From Rhizophagus irregularis (lineage: Eukaryota), in assembly GCF_026210795.1 (NCBI RefSeq), contig NC_089431.1, positions 3,348,001 through 3,412,000 on the forward strand: a stretch of 64,000 bases of DNA, in the 5' to 3' direction. This document shows, piece after piece, positions 1-12,425 of the stretch (position 1 is its first letter; each line of letters starts with the position of its first letter). The notes beneath the pieces are model-generated. The model did not search any database. It saw nothing but the letters and a program-made list of their open reading frames with translations, and was not told where the DNA came from. The position numbers and the translations under genes are program-made.

Positions 1-23
1 AAATTTTAAATTATTCAATTTAG

Positions 24-975
24 TTGGACGACAAACGTTTATATATTGGAAATTTAGATTCTTCAATAAATGAGCAAGTGTTACTTTTAAGTATATTAGG
101 ATTCAATTAATTATCAATATCTAATTGTCTTCTTTATTTCACAGATATACTGTTGTAAAGTTATTTGAACCTTTTGGAAAAATAACCCATCTTGATTATC
201 TCTTTCATAAGAGTGGACCAAAACGCGGTCAACCAAGGGGTTATTGTTTCTTGGAATATAGCAAAAAAGAGGTACGTTATTTTGTTTACATTGTTCCAAC
301 TTCAACATAATAAAATAAATATTAATTGCTTTTTTAAAAAAATTACAAATTATGTGTTCTGTATACCGAATTGCACCTAGGAAGCCTTGAGAGCGATGAC
401 AGCTATGCATTCAAAATTGATTAAGAACCGATCCATGATAGTGACCTTTGCATATGCAGTAATTATATCAGTTTTTAACCTCATTTTTCTTTTCTTATAG
501 TTAATAAAAATGATTATTTATATACTAATATTAGGCACCTGAAAATTATGATGGTAAACAATTGGGTGGTCTCAAGAAACGACCTTCATCATCGGTTAAT
601 AGGCCAACGACAATTTCTTTGTTAAAAGCACATAAGATGATCAATGCTAGGTTAGTTTGTAAATTGATACATCTAAATATCTAATAATTTAATGACACAT
701 ATTTATATTTAACTAATGCCGTTTTTAGTACTGATTCAAAGATACAAGCTTTAGAGAGAAAATTAGCGCAAATGAAACAAGAAGATGTATCATCAAATAT
801 TTCTACAACAAAATCGTATTCACAACCTTCATCTCCACAACCATCTACTTCATTTTCAACAGAGAACATAAAGGTAGAAAGGAACTTATCAGCACCAACT
901 TCACCATCAAGAACCACAACTAAGGGTAGAGGGAAGAGATTCAACCCTTATGTTATTCCTAAAAGTGAAAAATAA
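24..975 (+). CDS. RBM18: RRM RNA-binding protein, RBM18-like (5' end outside window; multi-exon)
   Basis: Spliced exons (~24-73, 145-271, 381-457, 535-649, 729-975) give RLYIGNLD (RNP2), GQPRGYCFLEY (RNP1) and the C-terminal TDSKIQALERKLAQM motif. Confidence 0.8.
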
Positions 976-1780
976 TTCCTGTGTTATATTATTATTAAGT
1001 TATTCTCTTTTTAAATAATATATAGAACAAAAATATTTCAATTTATTTTTCTGTGATCATTCCCTTTCAAAGAATTCACTGCATTTTAATAGATTTAATT
1101 ATTTCCTCTTTGGTAATATTTCCAAGTTCTTAGATATATTGTACTTAGTAATTTATCTTACGCATCAAGAGTTTTTTAATGGCTATTACAATAAAATGAC
1201 AATTTTAATCAATGTTTAAACTGGAATTAAAGCAGTGTCTTTTAAAAGCTACTTTAAACATCATTTTTTAAGAATGTAAATGTAATATATTCGAATTTTA
1301 ATAAAAATAAATAAATAAATAAATAACGATATTATAATCTCCATTTTGATCGTAATCTTTCGATCACTTATGTACATGATCTTTTTTGATCATCATAGAA
1401 AAATTCAAAATGATTCAATTATACAAAAATTAATACATCTCGCTATTCATATAAAAAAAATTTATAAAATGTTTTAACACACATATATTTGATAGAGATT
1501 TTATGGTTTTTACAATTGAAAAGTGATAACTATGCTACTTAACGTCTAGTTTTTCAACAAAGCCAAAAAACTTGTAAAAAAAAATAATTATTATTTTTTG
1601 ATGTAGTACTGCATAAGAAAAACAAGTTGATTATCATAATATACGCGTCAATTCGTCGAATCGGGATTACATAATAGGGTGCTCTATAATATATACATAT
1701 ATAGTTTCCATAACTTTTATTTTGCTTTCGCTGTTTGCATTTAATAATCAAAAGCGAAAAAAAAATATTACTATAGTAAA

Positions 1781-2951
1781 ATGTCAGAAATTTTTAATTG
1801 TTCGCTTGACTATTATATTACTGAAGAAGGTGCAGTGCCTTTGCTTCCTTTCGCTACACACGTGTCACTACAAATTATTGATACTTTACCATGGAATACC
1901 ATAATTTTACAACCAGAATCTAATTCACAAGAAGATACTTTTCAACTAATACAACCAATATTCTTTCAATCACACATACAAGAAACCTCGTGTCCTGAAC
2001 AACAACAAATACAAATGAGTGAGCCCACAGAATGTGATAATAAAGAGAATGTCACAGAGCAAGAAAAGAAGATTAGGATATTAGAGTTTACTTGTACATA
2101 TTGCAATAAACTATATCGAGGAAAGAATGCGAGGTCTATATTACGGCGGCATCTCAAAACCAAACATAATATTAATCCACCTCGAGGTACAAGATGGGAT
2201 AATGATCCTAATAGGCCGAAAACTGACGAAGAAAGGCGTTTGAGAGTGTTAGAATCAAAGAAAAGGTAAGAAGATTAACTCAAAAAAAAAAAAATATATT
2301 ACTAACTCGCGCGTATCTCGGAAAATTTTGCGCGTCTTTTAGTATAATCAATTATTAGAGATCATCAATTCCCAATTTATGCGAGATCATATTGATTATT
2401 CATTTATATATATATATATATGAATCGTGATTGTAAAAAATAGGTGGGCTCAAAAATCACGAACAAAGAAAAACCTTGAGAAAGCATCATCACCCTATAT
2501 AAAACAAGAAAGTATTGATGAGATTCCCAATAATGACAATTCAGATTCAGATTTGGGTAATCATGTCGATACAAATTTGCTTTTTCCTGGTTTTGTAAAA
2601 CAAGAAAGTATTAACGTGATGCCGTATCAAGTAATTAATTCAGATTTAGGAAACTCGCGGCAAGTGGATAATGAACCGGATTTAATTTGTTCGGAATATA
2701 TAAAGCAAGAGCGTATTGATGATTATGAGATTCCAAATCAAGTCAATATTGTTGAAGGGGTCCCAAATCAAGTCGATATAAATTCGGAGAATCAAATCGA
2801 TATGAACTTACTCTATGATGCTGGTTCCATCAAATCAACTTTACTGTGGCTAGGAGTCTCTGCTGAATCGGATTCTGGTCGTATGGGTTATTCTGATGGG
2901 AGATATAATCAAGAACAAAATAATTTTTTAATAAAAGAAGAATGTGAATGA
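1781..2951 (+). CDS. C2H2 zinc-finger protein, putative transcription factor (intron 2266-2443)
   Basis: CTYCNKLYRGKNARSILRRHLKTKH finger, followed by basic RRLRVLESKKR|WAQKSR across a GT-AG intron, and repeated IKQE motifs. Confidence 0.8.
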
Positions 2952-3521
2952 ATTTGTTAGCCGTTCATATTCCAATGATATCTTTGAAATTGTGTTGGAA
3001 TTTATTTTGTATTTGATTAAATAAAAAAATGTAAAAGGGATTTGTTGATTTAATAAAAAAAAATATATTTTTTAATTGAATATAATTTTTGGATCTTGAT
3101 TAATCAGTATTATATTTAGAACAACCCATTTTTATACATGACATACTTGTTCCAGGGGTTTCAAAGTTTAAAATTTAACTTAAGGTTAGCTGTTAGGACA
3201 TGTATGTATGATCAGCAGGGTAACGTAAACAATTACATATTTCACATGCAATCCATCCATAATTAGAAATTCGCGGATTTATCATCTTACCCATACATGT
3301 AAACACCATCGTGACGTTACGTGATGAAAGAATGCTACAACATATATGCACAATGCAACTAAAATTGACTAAAGTGCATATTGTGTATTGTGTCAACCCA
3401 TGTAACACAAATATTGTGATATATGATTATGTGAATAGTAACTTATTTCCTCAGCTTCGATTGCTTTTACATATTCAATCTTTCGCATATTCTTCATATT
3501 CAATCTTTTCGACTTATCAAT

Positions 3522-4437
3522 ATGGAGCCACCAATCGTTTATTACCCTCGTTCCGAATACATCGAAACAGTATGTTGTTTACCATATATGTTTTTTTTGT
3601 AAAAAAGTATTTTATAATTTAATTTAATTAAATGATTGATACTATTGCATTTTTTTTCGGTAGGACACCGGTAATAAAGTAAGTCGTAAGTCTGTAATCT
3701 GTGGAAGTCAAAATATCATACTGGGTGGAAAGGTAATTCGCGAAAAATATAGTTTTGTTAATGAACTAAAAAAATTTTTTTCTTTTCATTGTTATTTAAC
3801 AGTTGTCATTCTCTTGTATAGACTATTATCCAAACTGAATGCGTTATCAGAGGGGATTTGAGACGTACTGGAGGTGGTCATGCTGTAGTTGTTGCCATTG
3901 GTAGATATTGTCTTCTGGCAAGAGGAAGCATTATTCGACCCCCGTATAAAACATACAAAGGGTAATTAAAATTTCACATTTGATCTAAAATAAAAAAAAA
4001 TGACATTAATTAACCACTTTATTTATTTTTGGTTTTTTTTTATTATTAATTTAATATAGAATATTCAGTTATTACCCTATGAAAATAGGAGATCATGTAA
4101 CTATTGGAGAAGGAAGTATTGTTGAAGCAGCAACAATAGGTTCTTTTGTACATATTGGAAAAAACTGTGTAATTGGTAGATTTGCAATCATAAAAGATTG
4201 TTGTAGAATTGAAGATAACACAGTAATACCACCAAATACAGTTGTGCCTTCTTTCTCAATTTACGAAGGATCTCCTGGTAAGTTAATGTATATTCTTTTT
4301 TCTTTTTTTTTTTGGAACTCCGTTAATAATTTATTATTGCATTAGGCGTATTTGTCGATGAATTACCAGAATGCGTACAAGATCTTTATGAATCAAAGAC
4401 AAAAGATTATTATGCTAAATTTCAACCAAAAGATTGA
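3522..4437 (+). CDS. DCTN5: Dynactin subunit 5 (p25), left-handed beta-helix
   Basis: Spliced product [52 protein letters not shown]...[24 protein letters not shown]...[25 protein letters not shown]. Confidence 0.93.
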
Positions 4438-4803
4438 AACGATAACCATCGCCGTCCGAATCATAATAGAAATTATTATCATCAAAATTTAGATAATTCA
4501 AATTTTTCAACAGGACAGCCAGCGAATGACAATCCATTTTTACTTAACATTTTATTAATGTTTGTCGTAATTGTACAAGCTATATTAGTTCGTAAATTAT
4601 TCTTTGATACACCACAGTATGCAACAAAGGCAGCACCATCAACATCATCTACAACAGCATCATCCTCTCCTTCATCAGCATCTTCATCGGCATCTTCATC
4701 TGCTACCCCATCCACAACAATTGAAGTTGCATCATCTTCAAGGACAACAACAAAGACAATAAATAATAAAGCTTTAATAACATTGTCGCCCATTAACCTC
4801 TAA
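4438..4803 (+). other. Stop-free frame continuing DCTN5: hydrophobic segment plus Ser/Thr-rich tail (alternative exon, readthrough extension or small separate gene)
   Basis: 121 sense codons in the DCTN5 frame after TGA 4435-4437, including PFLLNILLMFVVIVQAILV; phase-compatible AG at 4491-4492. Confidence 0.5.
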
Positions 4804-5076
4804 ATTAATTTTACTTTATTTCTTGGCTGTTTTTTTTTTTATTTCTAATATTGTAAATTCTTTTTTTTTAATGTGCATTTTTTTTGCATTTATTTTCATT
4901 AATAAAGCGAAATTCTATTGAAAGTGTTGTTTTAAAAACGTGTGAAAATGGTATACAAAAGTTTCAATGGGATATACTTTGTATTATCAAAAAATATAAC
5001 AGTATAAATAACCTTTCTTCAAATTGAGTTTTGTGGAAACTGTCAAAAATCTCTAAAAAAAAATATAATCTACCAA

Positions 5077-8000
5077 TCATAACAAATTAACTAAAAATTC
5101 ATAAACCATTTCGCCAAATTCTCTATGAATATTTTTATCATTAGCACCTATAATCAGCTCTGGTTTAGCATCCACTAAAGCAGCTTCAATTTTAACTGCT
5201 AATTTATCAGGTGAATATCCATCAACGATTGTAATCTTACTGGTTAAGATATAAAAAAAACAATTAAACCTAATTATCGTATAAAATATATATTATATTA
5301 TATATATAACACTTACACTGGGCGTCTCCAATATTCGGGTTTCCATTCATTATTCTTTTCTTCTTCATTAAGACCTGATATTTCAGCTTTCAATAAATCA
5401 TTAAGATCATAAGAAGATTTCTTCTTCGTAAAAGCTGATGAAGGCACTGCTGGAGGCATATCTTTATATATCATCAATGCTGGTGAATCTAAATACCATT
5501 TACCAGCATTTGTTACAATATCATTAAGACCTGTTAAGGTATTTAAATTTTCAAGTACTATTCTTAATAAAAGTAATTTAATTTCTCTAGTAAGTAATTC
5601 CTGAAATTGTGTCAAATTTCTAGTTTTCATATCCATATGTGATAAATGAAGAGTCAATGTTCCAGGAGATTCCAATGTGAATCGAATGCTATGACTATAA
5701 AATTTGAAATATTTTAATAAACAATTAAAAATTTAAAAACTATATAACCTTTAATTTACCTGTAATCGATAATTACGATAACTGATCCAGTAAATAATGA
5801 GAATTTATCATTACCAATCTTTTTCCACACTTCTTCTATCAACTCTTTACCTTTAGAAAGATTAGATATAAAATGAATTTGAACTGGTACACCCCCATCT
5901 CTTAAGGGCTTGGTAGTTGAGTTTAAAATTTCTCGTAAATGAATACAAAAGAAGTGATATTTAAGTAGGTGAAGAGGTTGAGTTAGAATTTGAGCATATC
6001 CATATCCACTGTTTAATAATTTAAAAGAAGAAATGTTATATCGACAAAAAAAAAATCTAATAGCGAATTGGCAAAGAATCTTTTAATATTTACCTATCTC
6101 TATGTACACCTCTACTTCCTTGTATTACACGTTCTTGTTCCCTAATAAAGTTTCGCCGATGAGACCTCCGAATCAAAAGATCCATGGCTAATTTTAATAC
6201 GGTACACATAGAAGGTTCTGGTGAAATAGTCCTTCCAAAATTGTTATCCGTTTGAAGTACAGATGTCCAATCATCATCTGTGGATCGAGTCTCCTCTTTC
6301 TCTTGTATTGTGTCAGTATTAGCCTATAAAACAAGGTGATTAACCTTACAATTCAGGGATCGAACGTATTATAATTCTTTGTAGTATTTACCCACTGAAT
6401 TGTCAAATCTACACCAGGGTAAACTTGAAGGCAGACTTCATTTTCAAGAAGTATTACACTAGCATTAGTCATTACACGTGCTTCCTTAACTAACTAAATA
6501 ATTATAATTAAATATTAGCAATGTTACATGTATACATATATATATTGACTACATATATCTACTTTAACAAAGAATCTTTCTAAATTTTATTTCTTTTATT
6601 TCTCGCTATATTTCCTCAGTTATCTTTAGTATTTTTAGTTTATATCTATATTTAAATATAGATAATAAACTGATGAAGCCGACTCTGTTCTCGTCATCTC
6701 TTTCTCAACAATTTACATATAATAATATCTTACTTAATTTAAAAATAAAGGTAAAAAGCAAGGAATAAATGTGACGAAACATACTTGTTCAAACAGTTCA
6801 GCCTCAAAGACGGCTTCCTGAGCAGCCAAAAGTTGTTGATGAATATTTGAACCTTCGATTGATTCAAAGCGAAGCACTAAACAATTCTTAAATGAGTATT
6901 ATATTCACTTAAATATGAAAAAACAAAAACAAATTAAAACAATTCATACGAGAATTTTCCTGCACGCGTGGTCCATCATAACCTGGGGCTTCAGAGCTTT
7001 TACGTAAACGCAATTTAACTATTCCTTTAGCTTTTTGTGGCAGTGAAATTGCAATTTGTTTTTCATCCGACGATCTCAGAATTTGTGCTGCAGTGTTTTC
7101 CATAAAACTAGACCCAGCTGAATCAAAAACGCGAAAATGGATAAGATTTCAAATATCAACAAAATTGAACCATAATGATAATAATAATAATATTAATTAT
7201 ATTAATTTATACTCAACCAAGTTGATAACCATAACTAACAAAAATCTGAAGACCAACGTTTTTTTCTTTGCCGCCACCACGTTGTAAAGTCCAATGATGT
7301 TCCCTTAAAGATACTGCTTCGTTCCAGAATGTTCTTTCTTTTTCTACAATGTTGCCCAGTTTTTTGGCTGCCGATGATATAATCCCAGCAGCATGTTTAA
7401 GTTGCTATTCAAAAATAATTATTAATTAATAGAACAATTAAGATGTAATTAAATAAATTAATAGAAATTACCTTGCGTTTCATTCCCAACATCAATTTAA
7501 AATTCTGAAATTGAGAATGTTTATTTAGTTGGGGAAGGCTATGACCATAATTTTGTATCATACCAGAAGGGACTGGTAATGGATTTGTCGGATGGAAATT
7601 TGGTCGAGAATCAGATAAGATTAAATTCAATACATCAATTCCTATACCAATGTCATTATGTGATGCACTATATTAAATAAATTCAAATCAAATTTTAGTT
7701 TTATAATGTAAGTGAGTTTTAAGTTTTTAATTCAAATAAAAATCTGAAAGATTATACAATAAAAAAAAAAGGTCATATTCACGCAACAGCATCCTTAATG
7801 GTATTTTTCATGACAGAGAGATTAGTAGCTTTATCATCTGCTTTTGATTCTTTTTTCTCTGAACTTTCTCCCTTTTCCAAGGATTCAATGGTCAAATTAC
7901 GAAAATCTCGCTCTTGCCATAATTTTTTTACTTGTTTTGAGAGTCTTTCTGTCGGAGTCTGCTTACTAAAAAAAACAATGAAATTGTGAATTAAAGTATT

Positions 8001-8122
8001 TAGATATATTATTAAATATAAATAACGAAAATTACATACGGAAGATAGATTTCTTCTCCCTGATTCGTAACGTCAAATGCAGGAGGTTCAATTCGAGGTT
8101 CAATCAATATTTTTTTATCCAT
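5077..8122 (-). CDS. MED17: Mediator complex subunit 17 (Srb4), multi-exon
   Basis: N-terminus MDKKILIEPRIEPPAFDVTNQGEEIYLP, then KRKQLKHAAGII...ERTFWNEAVSLREHHW...VSYGYQL-AGS and FEAELFEQ|LVKEAR, all typical of Med17. Confidence 0.85.
6616..6697 (-). ncRNA. Candidate intronic box C/D snoRNA or other structured RNA in the long MED17 intron (6494-6784)
   Basis: C-like box ATGACGA and D box CTGA about 82 nt apart, with two internal hairpins. No rRNA target recognised. Confidence 0.25.
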
Positions 8123-8318
8123 TTTACTTCGAAAAGAATAGAAAGATTTTTCAATATTAATTTAGTCAACACGGAAAAATTTTTGACTGGAGAAGAGACA
8201 AAAATAATGATTTGACTCCTATTTCAATAATTTTTTAAAAATACGTTCCACAACATATAAAAAGCACTTAAATTACTTTTTGATGTTCGTTATTTTACCT
8301 AAAAATTAAAAAGTTATT

Positions 8319-9038
8319 ATGACTCGCAAACGTAACCAACAAACTAATGGAGGACATAATAGAGGTTATACCGAAATCATTAGTCCTTCTATGAAATCTA
8401 CAAGTAAAAAGTATTAATAATAAACTTTTTTATTGATTACGTTTTTTTCTTTTAGGAGGTAGAAATTGGAATAGAAATCTGACAAATAGTTCTAGTATTA
8501 TATTGGACACTTCAATTGCTTCAGATCCCGATGAAGCTGCAAGACGCGCAAGGCGCGCTCAACGTTTTGGTGAATTTTTAGAACCTCAACAATTGGTACG
8601 AGAAGACTTTTTATTACACAGCTCTTTAGAGTAACTAGCGATCGCTTTTGATTAATTCTTATTATCCAGGTTGAGACTAAGTTTGATGCAAAAATTGGTG
8701 GTGATATTAAAAAGCCTCCAATTCGTAATGAGGTAAAATCTGTTACCTCCACACCAAAAAAATCTGATGAAGACCCATTTTACACAATGGAAGATGTAGA
8801 ATGGTTTTTGGGAGCGTTATGTTATGCTTTGAGAGTGTCAAATCTTATTTCAAATTCTCCCACAATTCCTGGTCAAAGAAAACGAGCTCAAGATTTTTTT
8901 ATTGATAGTTCACCGCCTGTTTGTTTGTTAGATTTGAGATATGGAAAAAATTTGGAATCTGTAGATGATAATTTAGATTCAGTAGATAAAGAAGTCAATA
9001 ACCTAAGTTCATTAATTAGTGATATAAGTTTAAATTAA
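8319..9038 (+). CDS. Uncharacterised protein with a Tho1/MOS11-type RxxRFG motif (2 introns)
   Basis: MTRKRNQQTNGGHNRGY...DPDEAARRARRAQRFGEF; GT-AG introns ~8403-8455 and ~8597-8669 keep the frame open to TAA 9038. Confidence 0.7.
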
Positions 9039-9208
9039 TACTACTACGATCGATTAACTTTCAATCCCTGTTTGAGAACATTACATATGTATTTATTAAT
9101 TCATTATTGATTGTAACAATATAATTCTTTTTCCTTTATTTAATTAAAATTAGTATTTTCAAACATTTTTCTTTTTTTTTACTTGTAAATTATAAATATA
9201 CACTCTTT

Positions 9209-10489
9209 TTATTCATTAATAATTCTCGATGCTGCTTTTCTTAATCTATTCATAACGGCTAAGCCTTCTTCCTCCTCTGGTATACCTTCGACAATTATAC
9301 AATCTACATTACATTCATCCAAATGTCTCAATCCTTTAAATAATTCTTTTGCAATTTGTTCGGGATGCATCGAATCGCCCAAAGTATATTCTATTATTCC
9401 TTGTGATAAAGATTTGTTATTTTCATATTCTTCCTTTGAACTTATGTACGATGTTCCTGTTGCCAATATTCCAATTGTTAATTTACCATTTTTTCTTATT
9501 TTTTCAATTTCCCTATCCATTACATCACGAGATTTATGTTTATCATCAATGTCTACCAAAATAACTTCAGCATCAGGAGAATAATGTCGATATTTCATTC
9601 CAGGTGTTGTAGGACCCATTTCAAGTTTTTTATCAACAAAATCTTTTTTATATACTCTAAGATTTTCCATTCCAGGCATCTTATATAATGCTTCAAATGT
9701 TATTCCACCGGGTCGTAATATAACTGGTCCGTGAGAACCTATTGCATCAAAAACAGTAGATTCAACTCCAAAATTACATTGTCCTCCATCAATAATTAAT
9801 GGTATCTTACCATTCAGATCAGTGAACACATGAGAAGCTAAAGTAGGAGATGGTTTTCCTGAAGTGTTCGCCGAAGGAGCTGCTAATGGAAATTCACATA
9901 ATGATATTAAAGCTCTCGAGATTGGATGTGAAGGAAATCTAACTGCAACTGTTGATAAATTACAAGTTACTTCTGAAGGTATTAGTAAAGATTTTGGTAA
10001 TAAAATGGTCAAAGGACCCGGCCAAAATTTTTTAATGATTTGTTCATAAATTTCTGGTATTTCGCCAAAATTATTATTATTTTTTGGTAATAAAGCTCTT
10101 AACATTTTTAATGAAGAAACATGTACAATTAATGGATTATCTGCAGGTCTATTTTTTACCGCATAAATTTTTTTTATTGAATTTAGTGACAAAGCATTTG
10201 AAGCTAAACCATAAACTGTTTCTGTTGGTATAGAAATTACATTATCTTGTTTTAGTAACTCTACGGCCTCTTTTAGAATTGAAAGAGTATTCGGATCTGA
10301 AACACTAAATTTAGGATCTTCGATGTCTTGAGAATAAAAATGTATCGTTGACGGATCAATGGTTTTTATTTGTGTATTCATTATAGGAACGTATGTTGAA
10401 TAAGAGGGTTTAATAAAATTAATTGGTTTCAGAAAACGAGAATGTAAAAAATGTCTAAAGTTGAAACGGAAAAAAGGAGGAAATGACAT
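9209..10489 (-). CDS. SUA5: Threonylcarbamoyl-AMP synthase Sua5 (YrdC + SUA5 domains), intronless
   Basis: PTETVYGL, KNRPADNPLIVHV, APSANTSGKPSPT, GVESTV, PGMKYRHYSP and AVMNRLRKAA motifs. Confidence 0.96.
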   Translation of the reverse strand: MSFPPFFRFNFRHFLHSRFLKPINFIKPSYSTYVPIMNTQIKTIDPSTIHFYSQDIEDPKFSVSDPNTLSILKEAVELLKQDNVISIPTETVYGLASNALSLNSIKKIYAVKNRPADNPLIVHVSSLKMLRALLPKNNNNFGEIPEIYEQIIKKFWPGPLTILLPKSLLIPSEVTCNLSTVAVRFPSHPISRALISLCEFPLAAPSANTSGKPSPTLASHVFTDLNGKIPLIIDGGQCNFGVESTVFDAIGSHGPVILRPGGITFEALYKMPGMENLRVYKKDFVDKKLEMGPTTPGMKYRHYSPDAEVILVDIDDKHKSRDVMDREIEKIRKNGKLTIGILATGTSYISSKEEYENNKSLSQGIIEYTLGDSMHPEQIAKELFKGLRHLDECNVDCIIVEGIPEEEEGLAVMNRLRKAASRIINE

Positions 10490-10498
10490 TCCTAGATC

Positions 10499-10529
<31 letters not shown>

Positions 10530-10680
10530 CATTGAAATCATTGTGTAATCCGATCATTTGCATATAAAAATAGGTCATAAGCGGAATGCTCTAATTCCGA
10601 TTTTTCTTTTTCAAAAAGAAATTTTTTTTCGCGTTTAAAACCGCGATTTTATAATTTTTAGCTAATCAAACTTAATAAAC

Positions 10681-11028
10681 ATGTCAGACGGTCAAGAAAA
10701 TAATAAAATTTCATCCTCTGAAGATGTACTTGATGAATCATTTCATACTAATAAAACTGTTACTAAAAGATCCTCTACACTTTTAATACCTCAAAATAAG
10801 TTTAAACGCAAGAAACAAAAACGTATTGAGTGGACGCAAGAAGAATTGGAAGAATTGGAAGAAGGGATGGAAAAATTTGGAACCAATTGGACTCTCATAT
10901 TAAACATGTCATCTGGACCTTTGAAAAATCGAACGAACGTCCAACTCAAGGATAAAGCGAGAAATGAAAAACGAAGAAGGGAAAGAGAAGGAATTCCACT
11001 TGGAATTTTTCAAAAGGCTACAGGATAA
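10681..11028 (+). CDS. Small single Myb/SANT protein of telobox (TRF/Tbf1/Tay1-like) type
   Basis: WTQEELEELEEGMEKFGTNWTLIL...LKNRTNVQLKDKARN telobox signature. Confidence 0.82.
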   Translation: MSDGQENNKISSSEDVLDESFHTNKTVTKRSSTLLIPQNKFKRKKQKRIEWTQEELEELEEGMEKFGTNWTLILNMSSGPLKNRTNVQLKDKARNEKRRREREGIPLGIFQKATG

Positions 11029-11912
11029 ATATTTGAAGAAAGTAATTTTTTATTGATAATTTATTATCTTTATTACTTTTTATTTCATATACAATATGTT
11101 ATAATATATAACTATATTATTATTTTTTTTTTTTTTTACAATAGATTATATTTCAAATATTGAATATATTGATATTCCATATATTTCATATAATAATCTT
11201 TTTTACGTTAGGTAAATTAAACTTTGCGAGGTGTGCGGATTTAACGTGGTGATTTGGTGATTTATTCTAAATGTATAGAAGGAGTATAGAAGGGCAGTAA
11301 GTAACAAACAACGAATTTTATACATTTAATAAATTACAAGTTGAGAAAACGAATTATACAGTATATCAAATAATAACGCTATTGACCTTATAAGAGAAAT
11401 AAGGTTTTTATGTCCGTTGGTGAATGGTGACTAAGATTTAATACCCGACATTCTTTCGAACCTTGAAAAATTCTATTTTTTAAAATTTCTTTGCCAACAA
11501 ATTCTTTATAAATTAAAGAAAATTTATTACGGAATTACTAATCAAAGTGTAAAATGAATCTAAATAAAGGTTTGTAATCTAGTGATTTAGATAACGGCGT
11601 GAGTTCACGTGTGGATGCATTTTTTTTTCTTGTCACCGATGTTTTTTATCTTCATAAATATATGACAAGTAAAAAATCCTACTTAATTGTCACATAGATG
11701 ATTGAAACTAATTGGTAGATTTACTTTGCTCATCCATCGTGAAAATAAATACAAGCTTAATCCTAAAAAGAGAATTATTCCGAAGTCCGTTGGCTTGATA
11801 CTTATATAATAAAGTCCAAAAAAATGATTTTTTTTCAAAGAAAAAAATAAATAAATAAATTCTCAAAGAATAATATTCAAATATCATATATACAAATATT
11901 TAAACATTTATA

Positions 11913-12209
11913 ATGTTCTCGTGTATTTGTCCAGCTTGTTTAATGGAGGAAGTTATCCCTCCTAAAATAACCAGCAAAAAAGAACGAAACATGAGATCAG
12001 GACATCCGCTAACTCCGTCTGTATCATATTCTTTTCTACAATCTTGGGAACATGATTCATTATTTACATTTGATAAATATACTATAAATATTTCAATAGG
12101 AATTTCATCATCTTCAAGCATAAGCAACGATTCAAGTAGTAGTGATAATGAAAGTGAAAATAGGTTTATTGAGAGAAATAAAATTAATGAAATTGATCAA
12201 AAGCCTTAA
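11913..12209 (+). CDS. Small hypothetical protein (98 aa, N-terminal CxCxxC, Ser-rich)
   Basis: ATG-initiated ORF in very AT-rich surroundings; no recognised domain. Confidence 0.35.
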   Translation: MFSCICPACLMEEVIPPKITSKKERNMRSGHPLTPSVSYSFLQSWEHDSLFTFDKYTINISIGISSSSSISNDSSSSDNESENRFIERNKINEIDQKP

Positions 12210-12425
12210 ATTCATTTATTACACTTTTTAAGTTAATTTTTTCATTATTAGATTGTTTTATATACAAATAATATAATATATATTGATTTTTTTAAATTTA
12301 TATTAAATAATTATTTTATTCTTTTATGCAAAAATTAATTTTATAGATTAAATTTTATATAATATTAAATAATAAATTCATAATCTTCCAATCCTCAAAT
12401 ACAATTATTTTTATAAGACAGTAAA

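Noticed and set aside
4482..4793. Minus-strand acidic ORF (103 aa)
   Set aside because: Antisense shadow of the Ser/Thr/Ala-rich plus-strand frame.
6660..6710. Hammerhead ribozyme at CTGATGA (plus strand)
   Set aside because: No GAAA core or stem III in the required position.
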